Position numbers and translations under genes: made by a program | The notes under the pieces: model-generated | Database searches by the model: none | Seen by the model: only the letters and a program-made list of their open reading frames with translations | Told to the model about the DNA's origin: nothing | Source of the DNA: Bispira polyomma | Taxonomy: Eukaryota | Length of the DNA stretch: 64,000 bases | Assembly (NCBI GenBank): GCA_965649765.1 | Contig: OZ287752.1 | Coordinates: 78,368,001-78,432,000, forward strand | Reading direction: 5' to 3' | Part shown: positions 32,241 to 46,400 of the stretch, piece after piece | Layout: the number at the start of each line of letters is the position of its first letter | Numbering within the stretch: the first letter of the stretch is position 1

Positions 32241-34770
32241 ATACTTCACTTGGTGTAGTCCCTAAACTCAGATAGAATCGTGGCAAGTAAAGTTTAAGAG
32301 ATAAAATGTTGATAAATTGAAATTGATCTAAGTTCCTAATGCATGTTTATAGTGTACATGTTCTACTTTGATGGATATAATATTGTAGAAACGGTAGTTC
32401 GTAGAGATACAGGTGTTTTGCAAGTCTCTGTAGAATTACTTTACCTGTTAATGGTTTAATACTACTCCTTTGTAAATGCACTTATCATCTAGTAATTTAT
32501 ATGTCAATGAATGTAGTACATATATAACTCAGTATTAGTCTATAATGAAGGGGTAATTAAACATATCAGACAGCTCATAATATGTATCCTCGGTGTGCCG
32601 TATATGGAGTATGTAAGCAAGCGCATAGTCGCTGACTAAAATTAATAGTATCTTACAAAAATATATTCATTGTAATACGCCAATCTGTGTATATTGTACT
32701 TCATTAATTACATATACACTATTTTTCTATTTTCTACCTATGAAAATTGAAGTTTTAAATGTCTAAAACAAACACTAAACGCCGATCCTCGAATTCGGGA
32801 GTCCCTCGAGATCACATACACTGAGTATACAGCCAAAGAACTCCTTTAAATCGAACCTCAAGGAACAATATACCTCTTCTTAAGCAGGATTTCCACTTAA
32901 AACATTTATTGGGTCCATCTGCATTTGTAAGTCTATTTCAAATTTTAAAAATTCAACATGGCCGCCGTTGGAGGCGACGAAAGGTAAAAATTGGCCGCCA
33001 GGGGCATCATGTGTCCCCACTTGTTAATAATAAGACAAGGGCACTCAAGTAAAGAATTGAGAATACAGAAGTATCTCTATTATTAAGAGAGCATGGTTTT
33101 CTTTAGAATATAGAAGATTTCCTAAAATAGAAGACACTTTATTGGTACAAACCAACTGGAAAATTTCAACTTGACACAAGTGTAAATTGTGGTAATGTAA
33201 TAGATTATCTACTGTAGTTTTCAATGTCTGGATCCATTCAGTAGATTGACTTCATTAGGTTTCTCTACATATTATTGGTTAATATTCTTCATGTGTGTAT
33301 TTTGTAAATACAAATAAACTGACTGTGATAAATGTACTTGCTATTTTTCACCTGCTTTATGTTGTAATTTATTGTCCAGTAAAATAGTTTCTGTTTTACT
33401 GTGTAGTTGTATGTTAAAGGTATTAATTTATTATAAAACTAAATGATTTAGAGTGTATAACAAGCACCTTCTTTGAAAAGATGCCTTTGTATATTATTAA
33501 GTGGAGAAATATTGGCTGAATAATTAATAATATATTGTTATTATTCTTTAATTTTTCACTAATACAGTTACCATTAGGTTATTAATATTTAGTGAATATT
33601 CTGTCACACAGTCTCAGATTAAAATACCTAATTAACCAGTAATTTAGGTACAAGATACAGTAAAAACCCTGTATTGTCTGAAACTATCTTTGTATTACAT
33701 ATCACAAAATTTGATAATTGTACCATCTTTTATTGTATCTTATGTGGTTTTTTAGATCTCGCTTAGATTGTTATTTTTTTATTAACTTGATTAATACCAG
33801 TTAGTTACTATGCTGTTAAAGATGAAAGTTTACATGAAATAAAATTTCACTATTTTATACATTGTTTGAATTTTTCTGGAATTTACTTTAACATTTCCCT
33901 GAATTGATACACATATAAGCCGTTTATGGAAATTAATTTGAAGTAAAGTTTCACTATTTTAGATATTGTGTAAATTTTGCTTTAACATTTCCCTAAACAA
34001 TTGATACACAAAAAGCCGTTTATAGGACATAATTGTTACTGATCAAGCTGATTCAATGAAAGAACAAAAATTGAAATGTTATTGCATACTGTATTGAGCC
34101 ATGGTCAAAGACAAACAAGAGTGGTCTTTTAAAAAAGACACAGGTGCACAGTGTGAACTGTGAATTACACTAAAGTTGATAAGGCCACTATATACTTAAG
34201 ACAGGTTGCGCCTGATAACAATAAGTCAGACGCCCCTTCATTTAGCTGGGTCGATTGCTTGCAACCAATTCTTGGAAGGGCTTAACATATTTTCTAAGAT
34301 GGCGGCGCTCTTTTCAGAATAAAAAAAATTTCAGGCTATGCCTGATAAAAAAGCTTTTAGTAACTTGCCCTGTAACTCGCTGAAACATTCTCTCATCAGC
34401 ATGACTCTGCAAATAAATCATAGATATATTACCCAATCAATGTCCTCTGTCTAGTTGGCCGCTAAACACATAAGGTCTAATCTTTACCCAGAGATTTGTT
34501 TCTGGTTGCAGGCAATACATTCTGAACCTTTAAAACCATGAAGTAGATTTACCTTTATCCACCACAAGACACCTGCCGAATTGAGTATATGGTGTATAAA
34601 AGGACACCAGGGTTGGAAAAATATAAGCGTAAAATTTGTTGCATTATTTTATTGATGCTAAAAATCAATTCACTTATACATGATTCTAAGATAATTTTAT
34701 AGGTAAGTTTATTTCCATCTGCTAAATATTGTAACTGGAGTATATGCGGCTCGGATTCTATTGGTTGAAG

Positions 34771-35012
34771 AGGGGCCTTCGTGGCACAGTGCTAAGACAC
34801 TTGCCTCACACCTCTACAGTCTTGGTTAAAGTTTCAGATTAGGTTTTTGTAGAAAAGTTTGTAGTTACTAGCCAATGGTAGCTGTTTTACAGTGTAGCAT
34901 CTTGACCAATTAGTAAACACTGGTTTCCTCCAGCACTAAAATTGCTCTGTTGTGATGAGACCTACATTATATAATGTGTTGAAAGCGACTTGAAACCCAA
35001 ATCAAATCAAAA
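34771..35012 (+). mobile_element. tRNA-derived SINE
   Basis: GGGGCCTTCGTGGCACAGTG head, GGTTTCCTCC core, (CAAAT)n tail. Confidence 0.7.
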
Positions 35013-35942
35013 ATTCTATCGGGTGGATTTTTTTGATGGTCCGAGTGTAACCCATAGTTCGGACTATAAAGTGCATGTTTTGAATTTTGAAAAAAAATCC
35101 AATGTCGCTACTGTTGAAGGTGATGGGAGGCAATGATTGGCTGTAATTTGAGTGTGTCCCCAATTGTTTTCAGACTAACAAAAAGTCCTACACATATATA
35201 TGAACAGAATACGGAGCACACACAGTGGAAGTTAATGATCATCAAAATATCTTGAAAGCGTATTACATTTTTAAACTTTTCAATAGTTATACAATTTTGG
35301 GTCCGTGGTAATGTTCTAAAGTACTTGTGTACATTACTTGTATTGCCTTGTTTTTGTTACCAATAACAGTTAATGGCTTTAAACAGTAAATATATGCAAA
35401 CATAAAATTTTTTTAAATACAAATCATCAAGCAAATACCATTGAAAAACTACAGTGGAATAATGTTTCTTATATGCAAAACAGGTACAGAAATTTACTCT
35501 TGTAAGAAAATATATGCCCCCTGTTGCAACCACACTAGTTTACATAAATGTAAATATCAAAACTCATGGTCATTTTTAGAACCTGTATTATCCGAAAAAG
35601 GTTGGGAGCAAGATTTTGTTCATATGATAGAAAATTTATAAAATAGAGATATTTTAGAATGAAACAAAAGGAATATGTGAATTTGGGAAAGTGGAAATAT
35701 ATTTCTGTAATCGAATAGTTGAATCCTACAAGTTCGGATAATGGAAATTCTACTGTATTATTATCAAAACACTTGGAAGACGCAGTTGTGCACTTTAGAA
35801 TTCTGCATTATTTGTTAAAATCAAGCAAGAATTATTGATTTTATTAAAAAAAAACTTAAAATATTTATTCTTGTTGGTGTCAAAATGGCCATGCCAAGTA
35901 GACAATGCGACTGGGTGTCAAAACGGCTCTCGTTTTAGGGGG

Positions 35943-36585
35943 CCAGGAGCCATATCCACTAACGGTCTTAGACTTGGCCACAATATAGGCTAAGGCCTGT
36001 CTTAAATCTAAGACTTCTGTCACAGCTAAGTTTTGTCTTAAAACGGTATTCACAAAATGTCTTAAGTTTATATTGCTTGATTTACAATAATGCGAACTAT
36101 TATTTATATTTTTACACACACTAATGTACTACATAATTAGTTAAGCTGATATAAACATCCTAGAGTAAAAAAAAAAAAATTAAATAAGAAATTATTTTCT
36201 CTCATTGGACTTAGACTTAAGACTGGCTAAATCCCCTTGAAAGAATGTATGATTCAACATATGTTAGGTATTACAATACTTTTTGTTTGACTCATCACAG
36301 GTTACGGTAAGGATTGTTTGCTATTTGATAACGTAATAACAAAGTTAAATGTTTATAGTTTCTTATACACTGCAAATTTACAATGTTTGATTTGTAAAAG
36401 GTGTGTAAGAAACCCAAAGACTTTTTACTGTAAAATTAGGTCCACTACCCACATATCTTAAAGTTAAGCCCTTGGCTAAGCTAAAACTTAGGCTTAGCTG
36501 ATTGTCAATACTGCTAAGACTAAGACAAAAGTCTTAACTTATAGAATAAAACTTGGCTAAGTCTGTTAGTGAATATGGGCCCTGG
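35943..36585. mobile_element. Non-autonomous TIR DNA element
   Basis: Ends CCAGGAGCCATATCCACTAAC and GTTAGTGAATATGGGCCCTGG are imperfect inverted repeats; internal CTTAAG/CTTAG motifs. Confidence 0.5.
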
Positions 36586-39500
36586 TGTCAAAACGGCGTG
36601 TAACAATTGTCTCCACAATTTACAGTATTATATTACAAAAATATTAAAGTTTCGCAACAATGATATTTATATGATGAAATATAGTGTCCACTAAAAGTAA
36701 AACTACACTTGTGGCCTTGTACAATTAAATTATATAACTCAAGAAAAGCAATACTCGTAAAAATAACCCTATTGTAATACTTGGTCTTCAGTTGTAGTGT
36801 ATGTTTGTAACATGCTTTATTGATGTGAGGCAATTTCTGAAGCACAACAGCCGAATTGATCAATCAATCATGTGTCCTATAACATAGCCTGGGTCTTCAT
36901 CAGTAGGCTATGGCATGTTTGCATGTTTACATCTTGCGCAAGGATATTATCCCACCAATGAAGCTTGCAACATTAGCAGCAGTCAAATGGGGACCTTGCG
37001 ATCACCAGACGAACACCCTAACCATCCAGGGATGACCACGCCACTCGGGTAGTTTTACCAGTGTATCTCACATTTGTAGGTCTATCTTTTCAAGAACAAA
37101 TAATACACCTGTGCAATTATTAAATCAGTTATTGTACACTAGATATAGTATTATTTGATCATAATTTTCACATGTCTAAGGCACTAAATTGTAAATGTAC
37201 ACATACTCCTATGCAAATATATATATATATCTTCCACACTACAGAATTTAACCGCAATATTTGATACATAATAAGAAATCGAAGAAAGTAGCAGATTTTT
37301 GACACAAAACAAGAGTTGTCTTTTTAAAAAGTTGATATAGCCACTATATACTTAGGCAGACTGCGCTTGATAACAATAAATCTGACACCCCTCAGTTTGG
37401 ACAAGTTAATTGCATTCAGCCAATCCATAAAGGTTTTGCATATAATTTCTAAGATGGCAGCACCCTTTTTAGAAAACAACATAGGCTGTGCTTGATAAAA
37501 ATTGCCATTTTAGAATCTGCTACTGTGACTCATCACAGCTACCATTTTTATGGTGTTAAAACAACCACTTACCGGGTATATACACAAAATACACTGAAAA
37601 ACAAAAATAAATAAAAAGAAATCCTGTTTCAAAGCAAAGTAAATTATGATTACATAAAGATTTTACACATACATTGTACTTATAAATTATCCATGGCTAA
37701 CATCCAGATAAGTTCAAAATATTTTCAGATTAAATACATAAACACTCTAACAGCATCACGATCGTAACAATAGTACAATAACCTGATTTTGTAAGGCATT
37801 AGATTAAGGAATCTAAACTTCACCATTGTATCTTAAAATTCGCCACCTTGAAAATGTAGTGTTTTTGGTAGAATTGTAAGTTACCGGTATTTTTATTACG
37901 ATAAATACACCTTCCCTTATCCTCACTAATGCTTTAATTTAGTACACCCAAAAATTCGACCAAAAAATCACTTACGTCTTTTTTCTAAGACTATTCTTGT
38001 GATTTTGATTTTTAAATTTCCCGTCAAACCTCACTGCGCACGTCCCAAAGTGAAGTCTCGTCCTCGAAAAACCTTTCACAATTAATTTGGTCTCCGTGTT
38101 GGCAACACCTTATTCGACTGGATCGTTTTTTGGAGTGTTTTGTTGGAAGTGTTTGTGTGTAGTTATGGCGGAGAAAGTTTGCTGAAATTAAGACTAAATT
38201 TCAGTTATTTTTCACCAGTTTTTATTGATTTAGCTTAAATTTTAGGAGTGGCGAATTTGAGATATAGTGGCAAATTTTAAATTACTTTATGGGTTCTCAG
38301 CAGCTCAACATGAGTTAGTATCATTCCAAGGCCTAAAAATGATTAATTTTATAATTCTTCAGTATCAGGTCTAGGGCTGATAATGATTCATGGAGGGATG
38401 CTAAAAACAAACAAATCAAGTTCTTGCTAACATATCAGTTATTCTGTGGCGTTTGCCAACTTTAGTAAAAATTAAACTTTAACTTAACTGTAAAAGTACT
38501 GCACTTAGTAAAAAAATACACTATATATATTGCATACATCTTGATAACATTGATAATAAGATACTCATAACACAAAAAGAATATTATTATACTCTTGAAA
38601 AGCAAATATATATATATGTGTGAAGGGATAAGGTCAGTATTAATATACCGTATCATAGAATATAAATTCATATTGATAATGTCAGTACTAAAATATTATT
38701 AGAATAAAACAATTTTTACATGCAAATTGATTTCTATATTAAACACTGAACTGACTAAAAGTGCATAAAAATCCTTAATTTAAACTTGCTTATATAAACC
38801 CTTTCGACCCAAAGAGAAAACTATCGCCAGGAACTAAAGGAAATTTTTCAGTAATCGATTACAGATAGCTGTTACTAAAACACACACCACTAGATACTTC
38901 AGACATTCAATAATGGTCTCACATATTATTGTTTGAACAAATTAATCTGCTGTACTAACAATTTCCTATTTCGAGGAACTAAAGGGATATAAAATAATAT
39001 TTTTTTGGTGTTGACTTCTGGCCGACAGACATAGGTGCTGGGATTAAGAAATGCTGTCTGCTGCTAGTCCATAACATAGACGTGGAAAGGGTTAAAACAC
39101 AGCAGGTGGACAGTCCAACCTATACAATTACAAAACTAGGTGATAACTACATAATGCTACATCATTCATTTCACTTTATGCCCCACACTTAAGTGTCAAA
39201 GTACATGTAATATACTACAGTGGAACCCTGTTAAGTCAAATCTTAAGTGACCCTAAAACCTTGTTCTACTTAATAGGAATTCTGCTTCACAGGGCAAATT
39301 TTAATTAGAAATATGACAATAGGACCTTACAAATAATTCTACTTAACAGGTAATTCCACTTGTCAGAGTTCTACTTAAATGGGTCTGAGTGTATTTGTAG
39401 GCTGTCTGCATGACATGAGTAAAAGTAAAATTATTTGAGCTCCAATACAAAAAAAACAGACGCACAAGTACATAAAGGAAGGCATGGACTTGTAATTATA

Positions 39501-39807
39501 AACCCTAAAATATTATAAATAACCTTCAGTAATATTGCATAGATTATATTGTAACTTGAATATATACTTTATTATCCCCCCCCCCCCCCCAATTTCTGGA
39601 AATGACATAAAGGTAAAGATAACTAGGTTATCCACAAATTCAGTAGTACTGACATCAATGTAAATAGGATTACATTATTCAGTTTTGTCAATTCCAATTG
39701 ATGTAACATAATCTTAAACAGTATGTAACAGTAAATGTCAACCGTATAACAGTATTATATATTCTATACATAAAATATAAGAACCGCTTTACTCTATAAA
39801 TGTACTA

Positions 39808-39854
39808 CAGGGGTGGACAGCTTAGTGGACTGTCCGCTAGGCTGTCCACCCCTG
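39808..39854. mobile_element. 47-bp palindromic insertion with TA duplication
   Basis: TA-CAGGGGTGGACAGCTTAGTGGAC-T-GTCCGCTAGGCTGTCCACCCCTG-TA. Confidence 0.8.
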
Positions 39855-41264
39855 TATGTATACTTTAACATTTTGTAACTATAAATCTCAACTGTATAAC
39901 AGCATATACAGAGAATATGAGAAAGGTTAAACAGCTTTACTTTATAAATGTGCTATGTATACATCAGTATTTTCCAACTGTAACTTCATAGAAAGAAATA
40001 AGTCTCACTAAAAGCCACGACAATATTGCAAATGTCACATGGGTTAGACAATTATACGATTTGCCTGACATGATGAAAAACAAAGTTCAAGCCATTAATG
40101 CCTGTAAAGTACATCATGGTACTATTATGTAAGCTAAATAGTAAACTAGAGTGCTGCTTTGCAAATTAAAGCAAATTGTTTTTGCAGGTTTACTGCATAC
40201 ATGTGCCAAATTTAAAGAGAATCCGCCCAGTGGTTGCGGAGCTATAGCTAATAGAAAATACGGGAGCAGGCGGCCCCTTCCGAGTGAATTTTCTCCTGTA
40301 AACAAACAAGCGTTCCTTACGGGAAGCTTAATGACTATCACAGAAACCTGTGGGTTCTGGCACTCTAAAGAGGCTATTCGAGTCTATATAAAACACTGAA
40401 GGACTTGTAGAAAACTAGCAAAGTATCGCTGTAAAAGATTCAACTCTGATTTTGTATATTCTAACATAACATGGCTGTGTCCGCAATTCTGATTAGCTGA
40501 AAGCTACAGTAAAATTCAACAGAGACACATTGGCTGTTCTATCAATGGAACAGTCAGGTGTTTATGTACGTTTATAAATGACAGAGGTGGTTTTCTTTTC
40601 AAATTTAAGGACAGTTTATCATTTTAAGTAGTTTGTCAACCATGGTATACACATGTGAGTGGTTCTACATCTGGAACCATGGTAAAATTCTGTGTACACT
40701 ATGGTTTGGGGTGGGTTATTCCTGTATCCAACTTTCTTTTCAAAACTAACAGGAAATTACTCATATTTACATTAATATAATGATATCTACACACATATAT
40801 ATAAAGAAGGTAAGTCATTGTAAGACATCAACAAATTTTAACAGCTTAAACTGTCAGATGGCCAAACATTCCCATAGCCACAAGAAATATGTCAGTAGTA
40901 TAAAAATCAATTTAACATTGTAGATATATTATGCACAAGCAAACCTTAGAACTGCATGTAAGTTAATACAGTTGTGTAACACAGCAATAATCAATCGAAT
41001 AATTGGTAGAATAACATACATTTGTCTTGGACAAAAAATATTATAAAATACAAGTAATATTTTTATACATGTTCTCATTTGGTTGACATTTTAGAACCTG
41101 ATTTTCCTGATACCAAATGACTGCAACAAGTAACCTTGATAATTATATAACAAAAGCATATAATTTTGTTTAAACGTCACACTTTGGGTATCAATAATGT
41201 TCTGTTGCTATACTTTATATCATAAGCCATACTGCCAATCTGTTACTTCATGTACATATTCTCC

Positions 41265-41482
41265 TGATTACAATAAAGTCCAATCTTAGTGGAACTAAAA
41301 AATAAAATATAACCAAGTTCAAGGGAATGATTACACACATTACAATATAGTCTAATGTTATTAGGACTAAAAATAAAATATGTGAAATAAGTTCAAGGGA
41401 ATGATTACACCCATTACAATACAGTCCAATCTTATTAGAACTAAAAATAAAATATATAAAACAAGTTCAAGGGAATGATTAC
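41265..41482. repeat. ~72-76 bp tandem repeat, 3 copies
   Basis: ATTACAAT..AGTCCAATCTTA..ACTAAAAATAAAATAT..AAGTTCAAGGGAATGATTAC. Confidence 0.8.
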
Positions 41483-43334
41483 CGGGTACATACATTTCAG
41501 GGCAAAATATACGTCCAGTTTAAAGCACATAAAATCAATTAGCCGTAATCACAAATATTCTAGGAAAGGAATTCCTCGAATGCTCTTATTCTCAGCCAAT
41601 CAGATTATTTGTCACAATATTTAAAAAAATAAAATTTTAGAATAAGAGTCTTTGTAAATACCAGTCTTGCGCTGTGACTTTATTTAATTGCTAAAATTTA
41701 ATTAATTGCTAAAATAACATTGTGTAACAAACTTCAGTATTTTCATTGTCACCTACATTATTGCGCATGCTTAACTATATCAAGCCTGAAAACAAAAGTG
41801 CGGCTCTGACAATGTCCCCACACCAATATTATATAACAAAAACTGAATCTTCATTACCTTTTACATTTTATGCTATTTATGCTATCTGTATAACCAGGAA
41901 ATCACATATATTTACACTAATATATAATGATATCTACATACGTATAAAAGGTTAATGATTCCAAGACATCAACAGAACTCGACAGCTTAAACAGTCAGAT
42001 GATGAAACATTTCAATAACAGCAAGACAGAAATTTTATTAACAGCATAAAACATGTATGTAACACCGTAGATATATTACACACACGCCTTAGAACTGCAA
42101 ATAGGTTATCAGATAGTTATTACAGCTGTGCAACACAGCAAGAATAAATCCAATATGAAAAATTAGTAGAATAACATATACGTGTATTTGTCTTGGACAC
42201 AATATATTATCAGATAGAATTCTACTTAACAATAACCAGTTCAATCATGTGTGCACCACAGAGGATGACTGCACATCGATTGTGGCACTATTGAAGCTTA
42301 AACATATTAACATTACAAACCATTACAAACACAGGTTAATGGTTGGTATACTGTCAATATATGTACATGTACATTCTAAAATATATGCAAAATTTAACAA
42401 AAGCTACCAATATAAACACTGCATAGACAACAAATAAGAATTAATTATAAACATTTAGGGTTACAAAGCAAAGCACAAACAGAATACAACATGTATATAT
42501 TTTATAAATTGCATGTACTACACGTCGTAAATCTTTCACATCCACAACCAGTATTTGGTTACATTATATTTATAACTCCAAAGCAGCTGGCATTATATGT
42601 AGAAACTTTATGGAACATAAGAAAATATAATATAGACCAATTAATAGTAGATCACACTATTTGTGAAATTAAGTGATTTATAAGCCCACCAGAGGGTTGG
42701 GTTACTAATTATAAGTTGCATATACATTTTCATTTGTATATGTTACATGTCACTCAAATAAAATAAAATTAATAAATACATCCAAATCAGTCACAATCAA
42801 TTCTAATTCAGAAGCCGGAAATATGTAACAATGTAACAATCAGAAGTGGAGTTGTTTTAAATTTCTTGTGCCGATTAAAAAGTTACACTACTAAACTAGT
42901 ACCTACACATTTTGTTTTTACACTACAGTACACTCTACATATCAGTCAAAGGCCAAACATTCACAGGATATAGTTCTATTTATTGCTAACCTCTAATGCA
43001 TTTTAGAATGTGGGACCAAAATAAATGGTTCTAAATATGAAGACATTCGACTTACACTGATTCTAGTTACACAGCGTCTGCTGTATACACATAACAGGTA
43101 TCATCTGAATTTAAACATATGTTTCATACATATTATACTACCCACAACCCTCTGAGTTCTAGTTGCTCAATATGTATACCATTCATCCAAAAACAACTGT
43201 AAAGTTAATTGCCCAAAGTTAGCCTTTTTTGCACAAAGAATGTCTAGAAATAAAGCACATACTACACAAATGTACAAAGTTGTTGTTTCTCTAGCACACC
43301 AGCAACTGTGTCAAGTCATTTATCTTTCAAGGAT

Positions 43335-43415
43335 TTAAACTTGCAGTACTGAAGGCATAAGTTCATGGTCGTCTGGTGCCAAAGTATCATCAGTCGGACT
43401 CAGTTCAATGCGGTC
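43335..43415 (-). CDS. TRANK1: TRANK1-like last coding exon
   Basis: ttacag| DRIELSPTDDTLAPDDHELMPSVLQV*. Confidence 0.7.
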   Translation of the reverse strand, partial: DRIELSPTDDTLAPDDHELMPSVLQV

Positions 43416-46400
43416 CTGTAAAAGAAGTAAATGAACTCATTTACAATTTTAAAATGTACGAAAAGAAGGGAAAAAAAGGACTAGCAAAGGTTTTACATGT
43501 ATTGAAATTTAAATGAGTTACTATTCTACTTCTAGAATATTCTCAATCAATTCTATGTGAGTGAATGATTGTCTTTTGCTCAGACCACTCTTCTCTAGAA
43601 ATAACAGTCCTGCAGCTTCAGCAGCATTCAGTATAACAGGAGAAGGACATGGCAAATATGTCATTATACTCCTAAATCAAAACATCCTAATTTTTTTGTC
43701 CGATTTAAAAAAAAATGTACTGCTTTTTCAGTCTATTTAATTCACTGTGACAAATATGGACTTATACTTCTAGCAATGAACAGCAGCTGCCTACTTACTC
43801 AATTTTATATCTTTACCACAATACAAGATAAGTTATGTTCATTTGTAATTTGGTTAGATTTGTTTTTGGTTTAACTTCAATTTTCACACATTGTATAGGT
43901 CATATCACGATGGCCAGTTTTAGTGCTGGAGGAAACCAGTGTATACTAGATAATCAGATTCTACACTGTAAACCAGCGAGCATCGGCAAGTAACAGGCAT
44001 TTTTTCCCATTTAAAGCCCCAGCCAAGATATGAAGTGAGAACTTAGAGGTGGGAGGTGTGTTAGCACTGCCTCACTGAGGCCCCTCATTTGTAAGTATTT
44101 TAACTTTAAACAGAAAATAGTCGCGCTAGAGTAGTAATTTTATCCATCAAAACCTTTATAATTCACCTATATGCGTATTATAAGCATGGTCAATTCACTA
44201 GAAAAATAACAAAAGTACAAACCTTGACTGCTGTTAATGTGGAAGACAGTTGTTTCATCTTTTCTTTTAAAGTGGTCAGTTCATGCCATTTCAAAGTCTT
44301 TTTCAGTCTTTCTATTTCAACTTCTACTGCTCTTTTAGCATTTTGCGACTGAAGTAAGTCATACTCTAATAATTCGTTCTCTTTGGACAATTTAGAAATC
44401 ACCTCACCACAGTCTACTAGTCTTTGGACAACTTTGTTTTCATAATATTTGCAGAATGTGAGAAAGCTGACTTCCTTATCTTTGTGTTCAGCAGAGCGCA
44501 CATGCTCCTTCCTCAGCTGGGCTGATCTGGTCTGTTTGGACTCATTCTCTGTGTATTCGGCTGCTTGTCTGATGTCCATTTCTTGTGAAAACTCTGTCTC
44601 CCCCAATATCTGCTCTTCTGGTTCTTCTAGGATGTTGTCAGTCTCCTCTACCGTTCCGTCAACAAATAGTAGGCCACATATTTTACACATTGTATCATCC
44701 ACATTGTACTCTGCTTCTAACCTTTTTGCTTCATTGGTCGGTTTATTAAATTTTAATCGTGACAGTCTTTTCTTAAAACAAGCAAACCGTAGGAATCGCA
44801 CTATGATTTTGATTGCTTTCTTCTTTAATTCTAGGTTGCTTTCTTTGCTGATGTTGATGCCGTCTTCTTGTGTTTCTAGGTCACTCTCCTCGGCCATATC
44901 TTCAACATCATAATGCTCAGTAATACCTCCGGCCTCTAACGTTTCCCTTTGTCCAGTTGCACTTTCCTGTCTCTGAAGCACTGGCCGTGCCCCTCTACGC
45001 TGGGGTTGAGGTAACTCCATGTAAGAGTAGAAGTATGGTGGCATTTGTTCAAATGTGTCAGAAGTGCTCACAGGGTTGTTCCAAAAGTCCCATGACTGAT
45101 TCCAGTGACAATATTGAAGGTACTCATTATTCCGCTGGTGAAGAAATGATCTCAGGATTTTTGAAATACCTCTAAAGCCCTGATCATTTCCTTGTACATG
45201 TTCAAGGAGAAGCCTGAACCTTTCTGACATATTGGTATTTGGATGCAAAGTTAGTAACTTGCGGCGAATTAACTCTTCTAGCTGTATGGGAAAGCCACAT
45301 TTGTCCCGATTAAGCAACACCACTAGGAGAAACACAACCATTCTTTCTTCAGTTCCTGACTTTAGATCATCAGTTGAGAAGTCAAGGATGTCATAGTTTG
45401 AATTGAACTCTCCTAACAAAGCCATCAGAAGTTCTGAAAAGGTTTCCTTTAATCCTGGTAATATTCCATAATGTACATGTTCATTCAACCAAGCAGGGAT
45501 AGACTTATAACCAAGACACCATCTGGTGTAGAATTTAACAGAATCATAGCATCTTGCACGCCATTTGTCATCAAGAAAGACAAAGTCAAAGAAACGAACT
45601 AATGCCAGGTAGCTTGTTGGCAGAAGTAGCTGTACTTTCCTCTTGTCTACTTGAAATTTCAAAATGAAGGCCATTGTGACGACAGTCATGAATTCTATGT
45701 AAGGCATGAGGATTCCTTTTGGTGGAAACAGAGCTTTTCGGTCTCTCCGTACAACCAGGGCAATAAATCTAGTGAATGTTTTCACAGCTTCTACAGGATT
45801 ACATTTGATATACAACATCTTTGTAGAGTCCATGAGGATATTCATGACACTTCGGTAGGTTCCATCCCGGACATAAAGCATGCCAACGTGTCTGGGAATC
45901 CTTTCTTTGTATTTTTGGTAAGCCACCTTCTTCTGATATTCTTTTTCTACTGATCGCAGGTACCCTCTGACCTTGTTAGGGTTTCTGTTCATCATTTGAA
46001 ACAACCACCACACTTTGATGAGTAATGCAATATCAGACTGTCTCTGTTGCTGACTGGATTTGTTCCAAAGGTCGGTGACATAATCATTAATGTGAAGAAG
46101 AACATCATCTTGTCTGAGTTGCTTCAGCATTCTAAATGCCAAAGATATGCTTGATGTTGAAGCCCATTCATGGTATGGTGTAGAGAACAAAATGTTCCAA
46201 AGTACAGCGCATGCTGTAAACATTTTATCAGCTAACATACTTTGTATTCTTCCTCTATATTTGGTGCATATGGGCAGGGACAGTCCCTTATTTACAGACC
46301 TTTCCAAGCTAATCAAAAGACAAACAGTATATATTAGTTCTTTGTGGCTTTCCTTGTCATAGTTCTTATGGACACAGTCCTCACGCTTACATTCAAATCC

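Noticed and set aside
31000-43300. Additional gene between ALMS1 and TRANK1
   Set aside because: Only short AT-rich ORFs without motifs or consistent splice phases; the region is explained by UTRs and repeats.
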